Of a stretch of 25,372 nucleotides of DNA, positions 1 through 10,582 are shown piece by piece; positions within the stretch are counted from its first letter, which is position 1, and every line of letters begins with the position of its first letter. The position numbers were made by a program, and so were the translations under genes. The stretch lies in the NCBI RefSeq assembly GCF_006345805.1, contig NW_021836101.1, positions 1 through 25,372 on the forward strand, written 5' to 3'. Origin of the DNA: Octopus sinensis (Eukaryota). The notes beneath the pieces were generated by a model. That model saw only the letters and a list, made by a program, of their open reading frames with translations, made no database searches and was not told the DNA's origin.

Positions 1-153
1 TGTGTCTAGAAATCACGTACACCACTTACAGCTAGCAGTCGTCATCTGCGGCACAGCAATTTAGTCGCAGGATCTACATAAAGAATTCTTCGGTGCACGT
101 TTATTATATTTTAAATAACTGATAGGGAAGACAGAGGGTACAGAAAGATTTAT

Positions 154-191
154 TAGCACTACGATCATTTCGGCTTACATCTTCACTGCTA
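154..191 (-). ncRNA. Degenerate minimal type I hammerhead-like motif
   Basis: Minus strand reads TAGCA-GTGAAGA-TGTAAGCC-GAAA-TGATCG-TA-GTGCTA. The TAGCA/TGCTA ends pair and stem III is near-palindromic, but C3 and stem II are damaged. Confidence 0.3.
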
Positions 192-208
192 CCGAAAGGG
201 TGAGGAAC

Positions 209-419
209 GATATATATATATATATATGTATATAAAAGGTGTGTGTGTGCGCGTGCATGTTTAGGTATACGTATGTATATATTATATAGATAGATATATA
301 TATATATATATATATAATATATATATATATAATATATATATATATATATCTTTATATATACATACATATATGTATATATTATATATATATATGACATACT
401 CATATATACATATATATAT
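209..419. repeat. Imperfect (AT)n microsatellite with GT patch
   Basis: Visible dinucleotide runs. Confidence 0.9.
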
Positions 420-421
420 TC

Positions 422-632
422 TTTTATGTTATTTTTTATTTGTTTCAGTCGTTTGACTGCGTCCATGCTGGAACACCGCTTTTTGTCAAGCAAATCGAAT
501 CGACCCCAGGAGCTATTTTTGCTAGCCAGCTATCTTTTGCCGAACTGCTAAGTTGCGGGGACGCAAACATACCAACATCGGTTGTTAAGCGATAGTGGAG
601 TTACATACACAGACACACAAACATATATACAT

Positions 633-673
<41 letters not shown>

Positions 674-720
674 ACACACACACAAACACACACACACATA
701 AATATATATTATATATATAT
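422..720 (-). mobile_element. SINE family B, 3' half plus internal (CA)/(TA) cassette, head missing
   Basis: TTTCAGTCGTTTGACTGCGTCCATGCTGGAACACCGC...GCCGAACTGCTAAGTT...CATCGGTTGTTAAGCGAT matches the copies at 6971, 9586 and 18830. Confidence 0.8.
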
Positions 721-726
721 AGAATA

Positions 727-866
727 CAGTGTACATTAAAACACATAAGGAATCCACTCGTGAGATTCAACACGCTAGAAAGAACAGCTAGGTTATAGAA
801 CCTAGCTGTTCTTTCTAGCGTGTTGAATCCCACCAGTATATTCTTTATGTGTTTTAATGTACACTG
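727..866. mobile_element. 140-bp palindromic MITE, Tc1/mariner-like ends (TA|CAGTG...CACTG|TA)
   Basis: Arms 723-794 and 799-870 are reverse complements with 5 mismatches in 72 bp and a 4-nt loop (ATAG). TA dinucleotides flank it at 725-726 and 867-868. Confidence 0.85.
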
Positions 867-2052
867 TATTTTATGAGCAATACATAGTCTTTGGACTAAA
901 TTTTTACATGCTAGTCGCTGGAAGAGAAAATTTCTATTAATTTCCAGTTCCCTTCGATATGATTATATATATACACACACACACACGATAGTTAAATATT
1001 TTGGAATTAAATAGTTTCAGTTTAGAAAATAAATATAAAGCGTTTACTGGTAACGATTATTTAGGCCAGCAAAAGCTTTACAAAGTTTTCCACACAGACG
1101 ACATGACAAATTTGAGTCGTTCCTGCCTTGTTTGAAGAAAACAAGCGGAAACATGTAGTGATAAAGGAATAAACAATAAAAAAACAAGAAAGGGCTTAAT
1201 TGTGGCCAACGACCCTTCTCTTCTTACTTCTAAAACTTACAACAGCATTTGCCTCTCCCAGCCTGGATTAGTTAGTCATAACCGGAAGCACTTATTTAGG
1301 GCCCCTACTGACTATTCACGGTTACAATCTGTTGAACAAAATTATTCTGTAATTAGATCGGCAGAAGTAAAACTATCTGGGGTTGGGGTTCGGGTTTCAC
1401 TAGGCATATCACAATATCAATTTGCAGTGGTCTCCTCTACAATCTATGTGTGTGTGTGTATGTGCGCGTGTGCGTGTGTGTCTGTAATCACTCACAGATA
1501 TGCACATGCTCACATATTGCCTATGCATACAAGTAAGCACGTATGAATGTATTTTCTTCTCTTTCTACATTGGAATTAATTTTGACCAGCTATGTCCTTA
1601 GCATGTGAAGAAAAGTTTTTGAATATCTACTTTTCTGCCTGTCAGTCTATCTGTCTATTTGTATGTATGTATGCATGTATGTATGTATGTATATATACGA
1701 GAAATGTTAGAAGTTTCCGGCAATCAAATTCAAGCATTAGATATTTGCTGTCTCCGGTCTAGGGTTGATATGACGTACCGAAGTTACTGCAAAGAACGTC
1801 TAACTACAGAGATGTGTTTGGCTACGTAATGGTTATTTGCAACAACTACGATCATGTGTCTACTCCATAATTACTGAAACATCAGCAACACCAAGAAGAG
1901 CGGCTTTTTACATCTATCTTTATTAATTAATTAATTAATTAATTTATTTATTTATTTATTTATTTTTCACCCACTTGTCTCTAATGCTCCACATAAGTTA
2001 TAGGACACATTTTCGTTTTTCTGAATAATTCCAACAAGATTGATGTTATTAA

Positions 2053-2270
2053 GGCGGTGAGCTGGTAGAGACGTTAGCACGCCGGGGAAAATACTTAGCG
2101 GCAATTTGGCATGTCGTACATTCTGAGTTCAAATTCCAGCGACGTCGACTTTGCTTTTCATCCTTTCGGGGCCCATAAAATAAGTACTAGTTGAACACTA
2201 GGATCAACGTAATCGACTATCTCCTCTGCCAAAGTCTCAGCCCTTGTACCTATAGTAGACAGGGCTATTT
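2053..2270 (+). mobile_element. SINE family A (tRNA-derived), full-length monomer
   Basis: A-box-like GGCGGTGAGCTGGTAG, B-box GAGTTCAAATTCC, central GTCGACTTTGCTTTTCATCCTTTCGGGG, tail CCTTGTACCTATAGTAGA. Confidence 0.85.
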
Positions 2271-2919
2271 TGAGGAAGATTTGTTTGACACTTCGAGCAC
2301 TTTGATCTCAGTTCCATGTATTCGTTCATTTTTTTTTCTGAAACGAATGAAGATGTTTCGTATTGTGGATATAGCTATATAAAAAGACTATGCACTTTCA
2401 ATCTCCGATAACATTGTCAGGTTTGTTTTTCAATTATCTGACTATCAACTCTGATGGCCCCCTGCCTTATGATGATAATCCTCTTATAACCACTAAAAGT
2501 GTTTAGCCGTGATGATTGCAACACTTCTTATTTAGCTGGATCTAATTACCCACCGAATATTTTTCAACGTTTGTACCCCGTTATGATGTTGTTCGTGTAG
2601 ATATATCGTTCTTCATTAGTTCTTGATATCAAGAGACAATGTAATTGATGGTTTCTTACTTATCTCCAAAGCTCTTGTGTTAAGAAGCTAATATATTCTT
2701 GATAACACCATGCTGCTAGGATAAAATTACGAGAATTGCCTGTTGCACCTTAGACAATTGGGCTACTCTTGGCGGTTCAAGTCTGTCAATTATACATTTG
2801 AGAGAACTTTCTATGCAGTACCAAATTTTCGGCATATGTTGACGGTCCTCTTGTTTTGCCTTCTAAATCTCGTCAAACCAAACCGTGCATTTCATCTCTC
2901 CCAGCTCTATAATTCAAAA

Positions 2920-3005
2920 GCCAGTCATGTACTAGGATTGATGAATTCAGTCACTGCTCCTTATCTCAAAATTGCTGGCTTTGTACCTAAATCAGAAACA
3001 ATTGT
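2920..3005 (+). mobile_element. Old SINE-A 3' fragment
   Basis: CCAGTCATGTACTAGGATTGATG...CAAAATTGCTGGCTTTGTACC resembles the tail of the copy at 6670-6883. Confidence 0.5.
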
Positions 3006-3019
3006 TTTTATTTTATATT

Positions 3020-3102
3020 GGCAGAACGGGACATAATTTTTCATGCCATTTCTTCCTATTTTACATTACGAGTCGAAATTTCTCCGAGGTTGACTTTATC
3101 TT
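3020..3102 (+). mobile_element. Old SINE-A 5' fragment, cut by the tandem array
   Basis: GGCAGAAC...TTACATTACGAGTCGAAATTTCTCCGAGGTTGACTTT is a degenerate B-box and central domain. Confidence 0.55.
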
Positions 3103-3883
3103 TTATTTCTTTATTGCCCACAAAGGGTTAAACATATAGGAGACAAACAATGATACACAAAGAGATTAAGTCGATTACATCGACCCCCAGTGCGTAACTG
3201 GCTCTTAATTTATCGACCCCGAACAGATGAAAGGTAAAGTCGACCTCGGCGGAATTGGAACTCAGAACGTAAAGATAGAAGAAATACTTATTTCTTTACT
3301 ACCCACAAGGGGCCAAACACAGAGAGGACAAACAAGGACAGACAAACGGATTAAGTCGATTATATCGACCCCAGTGCGTAACTGATACTTAATTTATCGA
3401 CCCCGAACGGATGAAAGGTAAAGTCGACCTCGGCGGAATTGGAACTCAGAACGTAAAGATAGACGAAATACTTATTTCTTTACTACCCACAAGGGGCCAA
3501 ATACAGAGAGGACAAACAAGGACCGACAAACGGATTAAGTCGATTATATCGACCCCAGTGCGTAACTGGTACTTAATTTATCGACCCCGAAAGGATGAAA
3601 GGTAAAGTCGACCTCGGCGGAATTTGAACTCTGAACGTAACGGCAAACGAAATACCTATTTCTTTACTACCCACAAGGGGCTATATACAGAGGGTACAAA
3701 CAAGGACAGACAAACGGATTAAGTCGATTATATCGACCCCAGTGCGTAACTGGTACTTATTTAATCGACTCCGAAGGATGAAAGGCAAAGTCGACCTCGG
3801 TGGAATTTGAACTCAGAACGTAAAGACAGACGAAATACCGCTAAGGATTTTGCCCGGTGTGCAAACGTTTCTGCCAGCTCGCC
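3103..3883 (-). mobile_element. Tandem tetramer of SINE-A (184-bp period)
   Basis: Units start at 3103, 3288, 3472 and 3656. Only the 5'-most unit on the minus strand (ending 3883) has the A-box head; all units have the B box. Confidence 0.92.
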
Positions 3884-3911
3884 TTCTTCTGTATTGCGGC
3901 ATATGTTGACG

Positions 3912-3998
3912 GTCGAGTACAGGGGGCGAGGTCATCGACTAGCACTCTTAGTCCAAAATTCTCGGGCCTTGTGCCTATAATAGAAAGAATTATTATTA
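3912..3998 (+). mobile_element. 5'-truncated SINE-A with (ATT)n tail
   Basis: GTCGAGTACAGGGGGCGAGGTCATCGACT...GGGCCTTGTGCCTATAATAGAAAGAATTATTATTA. Confidence 0.7.
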
Positions 3999-4007
3999 GA
4001 GTGATAA

Positions 4008-4228
4008 AAGGTGACATGTTGGCAAAATCTTTAGCGCAGTAGACAAAATCTTCTATGCTTTTTTTGTTCGTCTTTACATACTGAGTTCAAATTACGCCGG
4101 GGTCGACATTGCTTTCATTCTTTCGGAATCAATGAAAGGGGAGCACTGGGGTCGATGTAATCGACTAGACCCCTCTGCCAAAAAGAAAAAATAATCGGGC
4201 CTTGAGTAGATAGCAGTAATTATTACTA
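4008..4228 (+). mobile_element. SINE-A, diverged
   Basis: CTGAGTTCAAATTACGCCGGGGTCGACATTGCTTTCATTCTTTCGG...CACTGGGGTCGATGTAATCGACT. Confidence 0.75.
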
Positions 4229-4311
4229 TGGCAACGAGCTGAAAGAGTACTTAGAGCGATATTTCTTCCCACTCTACAAACTGATGTCACGTTTCGACAA
4301 CATTATTTTAT

Positions 4312-4420
4312 TTCTGGGGTTTTAAGATAAAGTACCAGTAAATTGCTGGAGTTGATAGTATCGACTGAGGCTCCACTTTCAACGAAAATAACATGGCAAT
4401 ATGCTGGGCTCTGTTGCCTA
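4312..4420 (+). mobile_element. Old SINE-A central/3' fragment
   Basis: GATAAAGTACCAGTAAATTGCTGGAGTTGATAGTATCGACT. Confidence 0.45.
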
Positions 4421-4920
4421 CTTATGTAACGAACATATATCCCATGATACATGTATGCCATATTAAAATATGGAAAACCTTGTAATTCAAAACGGAAAGC
4501 TTTTCCATCATTTCTTTATGTATCTTGCTACAAATGATGACGTATAACAATCTTAGAAATAATTATCTTACACAGGACAATTATTATAATGAGTTAATCT
4601 TCATATCGACGAAGTAATCTGTGGGAAATAACGAATTTGAATGTTCTGCGCGAGCATAAAGAACCCTGCGTAATTTAGTTCTTGTATACAATAAAAAAAA
4701 AATGAAATGATTATTTGTAAATGGAATAAAATGAGAAATTCCATTTTCCATATTTATTATCTTTAACTTAAATACATATGGGAAGAGTTTGGTTTTGATT
4801 AAAAATTAATAATTAAATATAGTTTGGAAACTAGATATTTAATGTATTGTTAAGGAAAGAAATATGGAGTTGCATACAGAAAAGAAATTATTATGAAAAC
4901 AAATTAGACTTACATTTTCA

Positions 4921-4941
4921 CTTTCTCTCTGTCTCTCTTTT

Positions 4942-4983
<42 letters not shown>
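4921..4983. repeat. (CT)n microsatellite
   Basis: Visible run. Confidence 0.9.
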
Positions 4984-5010
4984 ACGTGTATGTACGGATA
5001 TATTTATGTG

Positions 5011-5397
<387 letters not shown>

Positions 5398-5454
5398 GAG
5401 AATACAATATATATTAAATAAAATTGCTTTGTATATAAATATATATGTAACTAT

Positions 5455-5850
5455 GCGTGGTCGTGTTGTAAACATGTTTCCTGACGTCATGGTTCTGGAT
5501 TATGTCTCACTGCGTAGAACCTTAGTGATGTCTCTTCTACCATACTCAGGGCCAACCATAATGTCGTGAATGCACAAGGCTCGACGACAACTGAAAAACA
5601 CCGTCGTTTAAGTGTGTATTGCATGCTAATATGTATGTAAGTATGTATGTATGTGTATGTATGTATGTATGTATGTATGTATGTATGTATGTAGTATGTA
5701 TGTATGTATGTATGTACGTACGTGTTCGTTATTGTCTCCCGGAACTTAGCTCTTCGGGAAATAGACCGACAGTATAAGTACTTTGGTCGGTGTTTTCACC
5801 GAAAGGCGTTCGAGATGGGGCCCCAGCAGGGACACAAATCGATAAACGGT
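5455..5850 (+). mobile_element. Old, highly diverged SINE-B with expanded internal (GTAT)n
   Basis: CATGGTTCTGGATTATGTCTCACTGCGTAGAACCTTAG...CTTCTACCATA...GGGCCAACC resembles the B head; GGAACTTAGCTCTTCGGGAAATAGACCGACAGTATAAGTAC resembles the B body. Confidence 0.55.
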
Positions 5851-5889
5851 TATGGGTACATGTGAGTATATTTATGTTGTTATTCTAAT

Positions 5890-6179
5890 GGACCCTTTTT
5901 CCGAACTGCCAAGTTATCGAGACATAAACACACCAACACCGGTTGTCAAGTGATTGTGTGTGTGGGAGGATGAACAAACACAAACACAAAGACAGACACA
6001 CACACATGTATATATATATATATATATATATACGACAGGCTTCTTTCAATTTCAGTCTACCGAATCCACTCTCCAGTCTTTGGTCGGCCCGAAGCCATAG
6101 TAGAATGCCCTTGCGCAAGCTTCCATACAGAGGAATCTTGCGGTTGAGAAGCAGGCTTCTTACCATTCAGTTACGCCTG
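5890..6179 (-). mobile_element. SINE-B, 3'-truncated, internal deletion in head
   Basis: TACGACAGGCTTCTTTCAATTTCAGTCTACCGAATCCACTC...TTTGGTCGGCCCGAAGCCATAGTAGAA. Confidence 0.8.
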
Positions 6180-6434
6180 GTACAGACATGCCCCTCCCTA
6201 CACACACACACAGAAGCACATACATACATACGTGCGTACGTACGAGTTTATATATTTAACGGATAAGGGAGGGTGAAAGAGAGACAGATATAGTATATTA
6301 AGGAATCGTTTAAAACATAATATACATGCAAAACACATTTGTAAAGACGGATATACACAGAAAAACATATATTTTTTAACATGTCATTTGTTTCTAAAGA
6401 ATATTTAACAGAAGCTAATGTATGTATATTTGTG

Positions 6435-6645
6435 AAAGTAGCTCGCTGAGAAAATCTTTAGCATTCCAGGCAAAATGTTTAGTAGCATATCGTCCGTTTT
6501 TACGTTCTGAGCTCAAATTCTATTGAGGTCGACTTTGCCGCTCATGCTTCCGATGTCGATAAAATAAGTAGCGTTGGAGCACTGGGGTCGATGTTATTGC
6601 TCTAACCCCACCTCCTTCAATTGTTGCGAAAATTTGAAAATTTTG
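6435..6645 (+). mobile_element. SINE-A, diverged
   Basis: TACGTTCTGAGCTCAAATTCTATTGAGGTCGACTTTGCC...GTCGATAAAATAAGT...CACTGGGGTCGATGT. Confidence 0.7.
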
Positions 6646-6669
6646 AGATCAATATCTGTGTTTCTGTAA

Positions 6670-6883
6670 AGGCAGCAACCTGGCAGGGTCGTTAACACGC
6701 CGGGCAAAATGCGTAGCGCCATGAAGTTCGTCTTTTCGTTCTGAATTCAATTTCTGCCGACGTCGACTTTGCCTTTTATTCTTTCGGGATCAATAGGTTA
6801 TGTATCAGTTGAACACTGGGTCAATGGAATTGAGTTGCCCCTCCACCGAAATTGCTGGCCTTGTGCGAAACTTAAGAAACAAT
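6670..6883 (+). mobile_element. SINE-A, full-length
   Basis: GGCAGCAACCTGGCAG head, CGTTCTGAATTCAATTTCTGCCGACGTCGACTTTGCC, tail AAATTGCTGGCCTTGTGCG. Confidence 0.8.
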
Positions 6884-6970
6884 GTATGCATATTTTGTCT
6901 ATGCTTGTGTTTGTGTCTGGTGCGACTACTTTTTCTTTGTATATATGAGTGTCTGTGGTAATACATATAC

Positions 6971-7346
6971 TCTCTTTACTCTTTTACTCGTTTTAGTCAT
7001 TTAACTGTGGCCATTCTGGAGCACCACCTTTAGTCGACTCCAGGACTTATTCTTTGTAAGCCTAGTACTTATTCTATCGGTGTCTTTTGCCGAACCGTTA
7101 AGTTACGGGGACGTAAACACACCATCATGCGATGTTGGAGGGACAAACACAGACACACAAACATATACACATACATATATACGAAGGGCTTCTTTCCTTT
7201 TCCGTCTACCAAATCCACTCACAAGGCTTTGCTCAGCCCAAGGCTATAGTAGAAGACACTTGCCCAAGATGCTATGCAGTGGGACTGAACCGGGAACCAT
7301 GTGGTTGGTAAGTAAGCTTCTTACCACACAGCCACTCCTGCGCCTA
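6971..7346 (-). mobile_element. SINE family B (tRNA head, CORE-like segment, internal microsatellite, (GTAAAAGA)n tail), full-length
   Basis: Minus strand starts TAGGCGCAGGAGTGGCTGTGTGGTAAG (A box)...GGTTCAGTCCC (B box)...TCTTGGGCAAGTGTCTTCTAC and ends in AGTAAAAGAGTAAAGAG. Confidence 0.92.
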
Positions 7347-7378
7347 TATATATATAGACACGTATTTACGCTCGTATA

Positions 7379-8435
7379 CATACACAAGCATGAAAACATA
7401 CATTCACACAATTTGACAATGAAACATTTATTTCATAAGAAGACCCTATCTCTTCTGACCTTTAAATTTAGCCAATAGTAACAAAATAATTAATGAATTT
7501 GATATGCATGGAATTGATTTTGTTTCTTGACAACTCATCCTGAATAAAAAGATAGGGAAATTAATATTTCTTTTGTATCCTAATGAACACGACATTGAAC
7601 AGAATTTCTTTTGAAATTTTTGTTATCTTTTCCTTGCTATTTCTCTATTTCCTACATTGCGAGTCGGTTTATGTAGAGCTAAGTGTAATAGTCATCTCAG
7701 AATACTAACCGCCTTGAGCTAGATAGGTTTTAAGTAAACTCTTCAGAAAAATTATTCAATAAATTAAATTGTAGCATTAGATTTACCACTAACATCATCA
7801 AATTTCTCTTTACCACCTTAAGTGGATAAATCTAAGTGTGGTGTGGGAGGGATAAAATATTTTATATTTGTAATTCTTATCATTCCAAAGATATTTTCTC
7901 TCTAAAATTTACAATCATAGATCCCCTTTATTTGCAGATATAAATCTCGTCTGCTGGTTGTCTTATAGTTATATTGAGGTATTTTCTTTTCCAGATACTC
8001 TACATTAAATAAAAACACACCTTAATACACCAAGTGTAAAATTAGACTAAGAAATATCATTTGGTATAATCCAGCCATTAGTTCAAGCGTAGGGACCAGA
8101 CTTTTTTTTTAATGTATCCACTTTTAGTATGGTTAAGTGATACGTAACGTCTAATTCTAAACATGAATTTGCTTAAAGACATTACGGTAAAGGTTTGTAC
8201 AATCAATTTATCTTTTTAATTCCCGAAATATTTTCAACCAAAGTAAAACCGTATAATCTGTCTTTAATAATTTTGCACACAGCGAATGTTCTAGATATAA
8301 TGATCTTAATATCACATTTATTAATTACCTTGATACTGTTCGCAAAATTTAAAGGTCAGAAAAGAAAGGGTTTGCTTATGAAATGATTATTTCATTGTGA
8401 AATTGTGTGAATACATGTACTCATGCGTGTGTATG
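7379..8435. mobile_element. Putative non-autonomous fold-back DNA element with 127-bp imperfect TIRs
   Basis: 7379-7505 versus the reverse complement of 8309-8435: ungapped, 21 mismatches in 127 by hand count, around an 803-bp AT-rich non-coding spacer. Confidence 0.7.
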
Positions 8436-8598
8436 AATATAAGCAAACATATATGTGTGTATATGTGTGCGTGCGCGCGTGCGTATGGGTGTGAGTGTGC
8501 GTATGTATTCACATTCGCACCCATATATAGGTACAAAATTTGACACAGAGACTGATAGATGGGAGGATCCACATCATCAACAAGAATTACTAATGCAG

Positions 8599-8628
8599 CT
8601 ACTACTACTACTACTACTGCTACTGATA

Positions 8629-8672
<44 letters not shown>

Positions 8673-8834
8673 ACTAATGCTACTAATGCTACTACTGCTA
8701 CTGCTGCTTCTGCTACTGCAACTACAACTACTACTACTGTTGCTGCTGCTGCTGCTACTACTACTACTACAACAACAACTACTACAACTAACTACTACTA
8801 CTACTACTACTAACTACTACTACTGCTACTATTA
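8599..8834. repeat. Compound (CTA/CTG/CAA)n trinucleotide microsatellite
   Basis: Visible runs; source of the poly-L and poly-T/A ORFs. Confidence 0.92.
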
Positions 8835-9012
8835 CAAATACTATTGCTTCTCTTTCATAATGCACACTTACACGTGAGATGGCAAAACGTAGGTAGAGCT
8901 GTGCGTGTGCGACATCCTCTACATGTGTTTCCTCCACGCTACATGGATTGAGAGCAGATGCCCAGTCAATTGTAGTTAACTACGTTGCTGTACTTGCCTG
9001 TGAGAATGCTGG

Positions 9013-9100
9013 ATGTTTAATTCCCGAAGGCGCCGTTGTTCATCATTTATGAGGGAAATTAATGTCCTTCGCACTTTTCATCGCTACCAAGATATATGGG
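9013..9100 (+). CDS. Very tentative first coding exon (MFNSRRRRCSSFMREINVLRTFHRYQDIW-g)
   Basis: Open frame in non-repetitive DNA ending at the phase-1 donor TGGG|GTAAGG (9100/9101); no recognised homology. Confidence 0.13.
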
Positions 9101-9585
9101 GTAAGGTAGAGAGAGGAGAAGACCTGATACGAATGCTTCCGAAATCCAAACAGGACCGAGATGCCATGAGTTAGTGTGACGCTATGTGACAGATTAAATA
9201 TAGAAAGTAAACAGTCTGCGCAGAATTTGAAATCCGAATGTAAATCTTCCAAACTAAAACTGCGTGACAGTAGATTCGATAATTTTAAAAGTTATAACGA
9301 TCCACTACAGTAGATAGATATTTGTTATCGACACCAAGAGAGTTGTGAGGAAGAGTAAACCAAGGTAACATATGTACTTGTAGTGCAGGATCAGAATAAT
9401 TGCCGAGAAGCATTCGCTCTCTCGTTATAGAAATTATCTGCGTATTAACACAAACCTTACGTTAAAACGACTCTCGCAGGTACAATTCTATAATAGAAAT
9501 GTGCAACTTATCTCCTCTACCTCACAGATATATACCCTTATCCACAAATTATTTATCCATATGTATATGTGTGTATGTATGTCAG

Positions 9586-9790
9586 TTCTTTTATTCTTGT
9601 AGTTGTTTCAGTCATTTGACTGTGGCCATGTTGGAGCACCGCCTTTAGTCGAACAAATCGACCACAGAACGTAATGACTGTAAGCTTAGTACTTATTCTA
9701 TCGGCTTCTTTGCCGAACTGCTAATTTACTGGGATGTAAACACACCATTATCGGTTGTCAAGCGATGATGAGGGGTAAAACACATATACA

Positions 9791-9870
<80 letters not shown>

Positions 9871-10022
9871 TATACGACAGGATTCTTTCAGTTTCCGTCT
9901 ACCAAATCCACTCACAATGTTATAATAAAAGATACTTGCCCAAGGTGCCACGCAGTGAGATTGAACCCGGAACCATGTGGTTGGTAAGCAAACTACTTAC
10001 CACACAGCCACACCTGCGCCTA
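9586..10022 (-). mobile_element. SINE-B, full-length, long internal (CA)n(TA)n
   Basis: Head GCAGTGAGATTGAACCCGGAACCATGTGGTTGGTAAGCAAACTACTTACCACACAGCCACACCTGCGCCTA on the plus strand; body as at 6971. Confidence 0.9.
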
Positions 10023-10199
10023 TTTTATGTACGCACATATGTATGGCGTAGATCATGCGAGAGTTTTCACACAAATGTGTAAATCTGTGTTTGTGTGTGT
10101 GTATGTGTATGCGTGTGTGTGTTTTGGTGTGTGTGTATGTCGGTTCTTTTCTTCATGTATGTACGTAGAAGATATTCCAGACACTCATATTTACACTAA

Positions 10200-10310
10200 T
10201 ATGTATGTTTGTATGGTATGGTATGTATGTTTGTATGTATGTATGTATGTATGTATGTAGTATGTATGTATGTATGTATGTATGTATGTATGTATGTATG
10301 TATGTACGTA
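10200..10310. repeat. (GTAT)n microsatellite
   Basis: Visible run. Confidence 0.9.
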
Positions 10311-10582
10311 TGTCTTCTGTATTTGATCATTTAAATTCTTCCTGTACAGAAGGACCTCCTTGATAACAAAATATAAAGCTCCTTCTTTGGAATATATATA
10401 GCGAAAACAATGGCATATTTTAAACCTGAGAAAGGTCACACTTAAAGATTGTATATGTAATATGAAAATCAGGTGGTTGATTTATTTTCCTGAAAATTCA
10501 AGCTTATCCGTATTGACAATTAGAATCAGCACTGGTATAGCAAATGCATTGTGGAATATTGTTTTATTTTTGTTGTTGTAAG

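Noticed and set aside
104-798. ORFs rich in YI/HT/VC repeats (also many at 5.1-5.5, 13.6, 15.3-16.8, 19.3 and 24.7-25.1 kb)
   Set aside because: Translations of dinucleotide and tetranucleotide microsatellites that lack stop codons
1202-1546. 114-aa ORF MANDPSLL...
   Set aside because: GTG start, runs into a GT repeat, no recognisable motif or splice support
3103-3883. CRISPR-like or satellite array
   Set aside because: Whole 184-bp units repeat with no unique spacers, units are SINE-A pieces, and there are no cas genes
7777-7835. Small hairpin TTAGATTTACCACT / AGTGGATAAATCTAA
   Set aside because: 14-bp AT-rich arms with a gap; plausible by chance
8455-8877. Poly-Leu/Gln or mucin-like Thr/Ala ORFs
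   Set aside because: Frames of one trinucleotide microsatellite with no coding flanks
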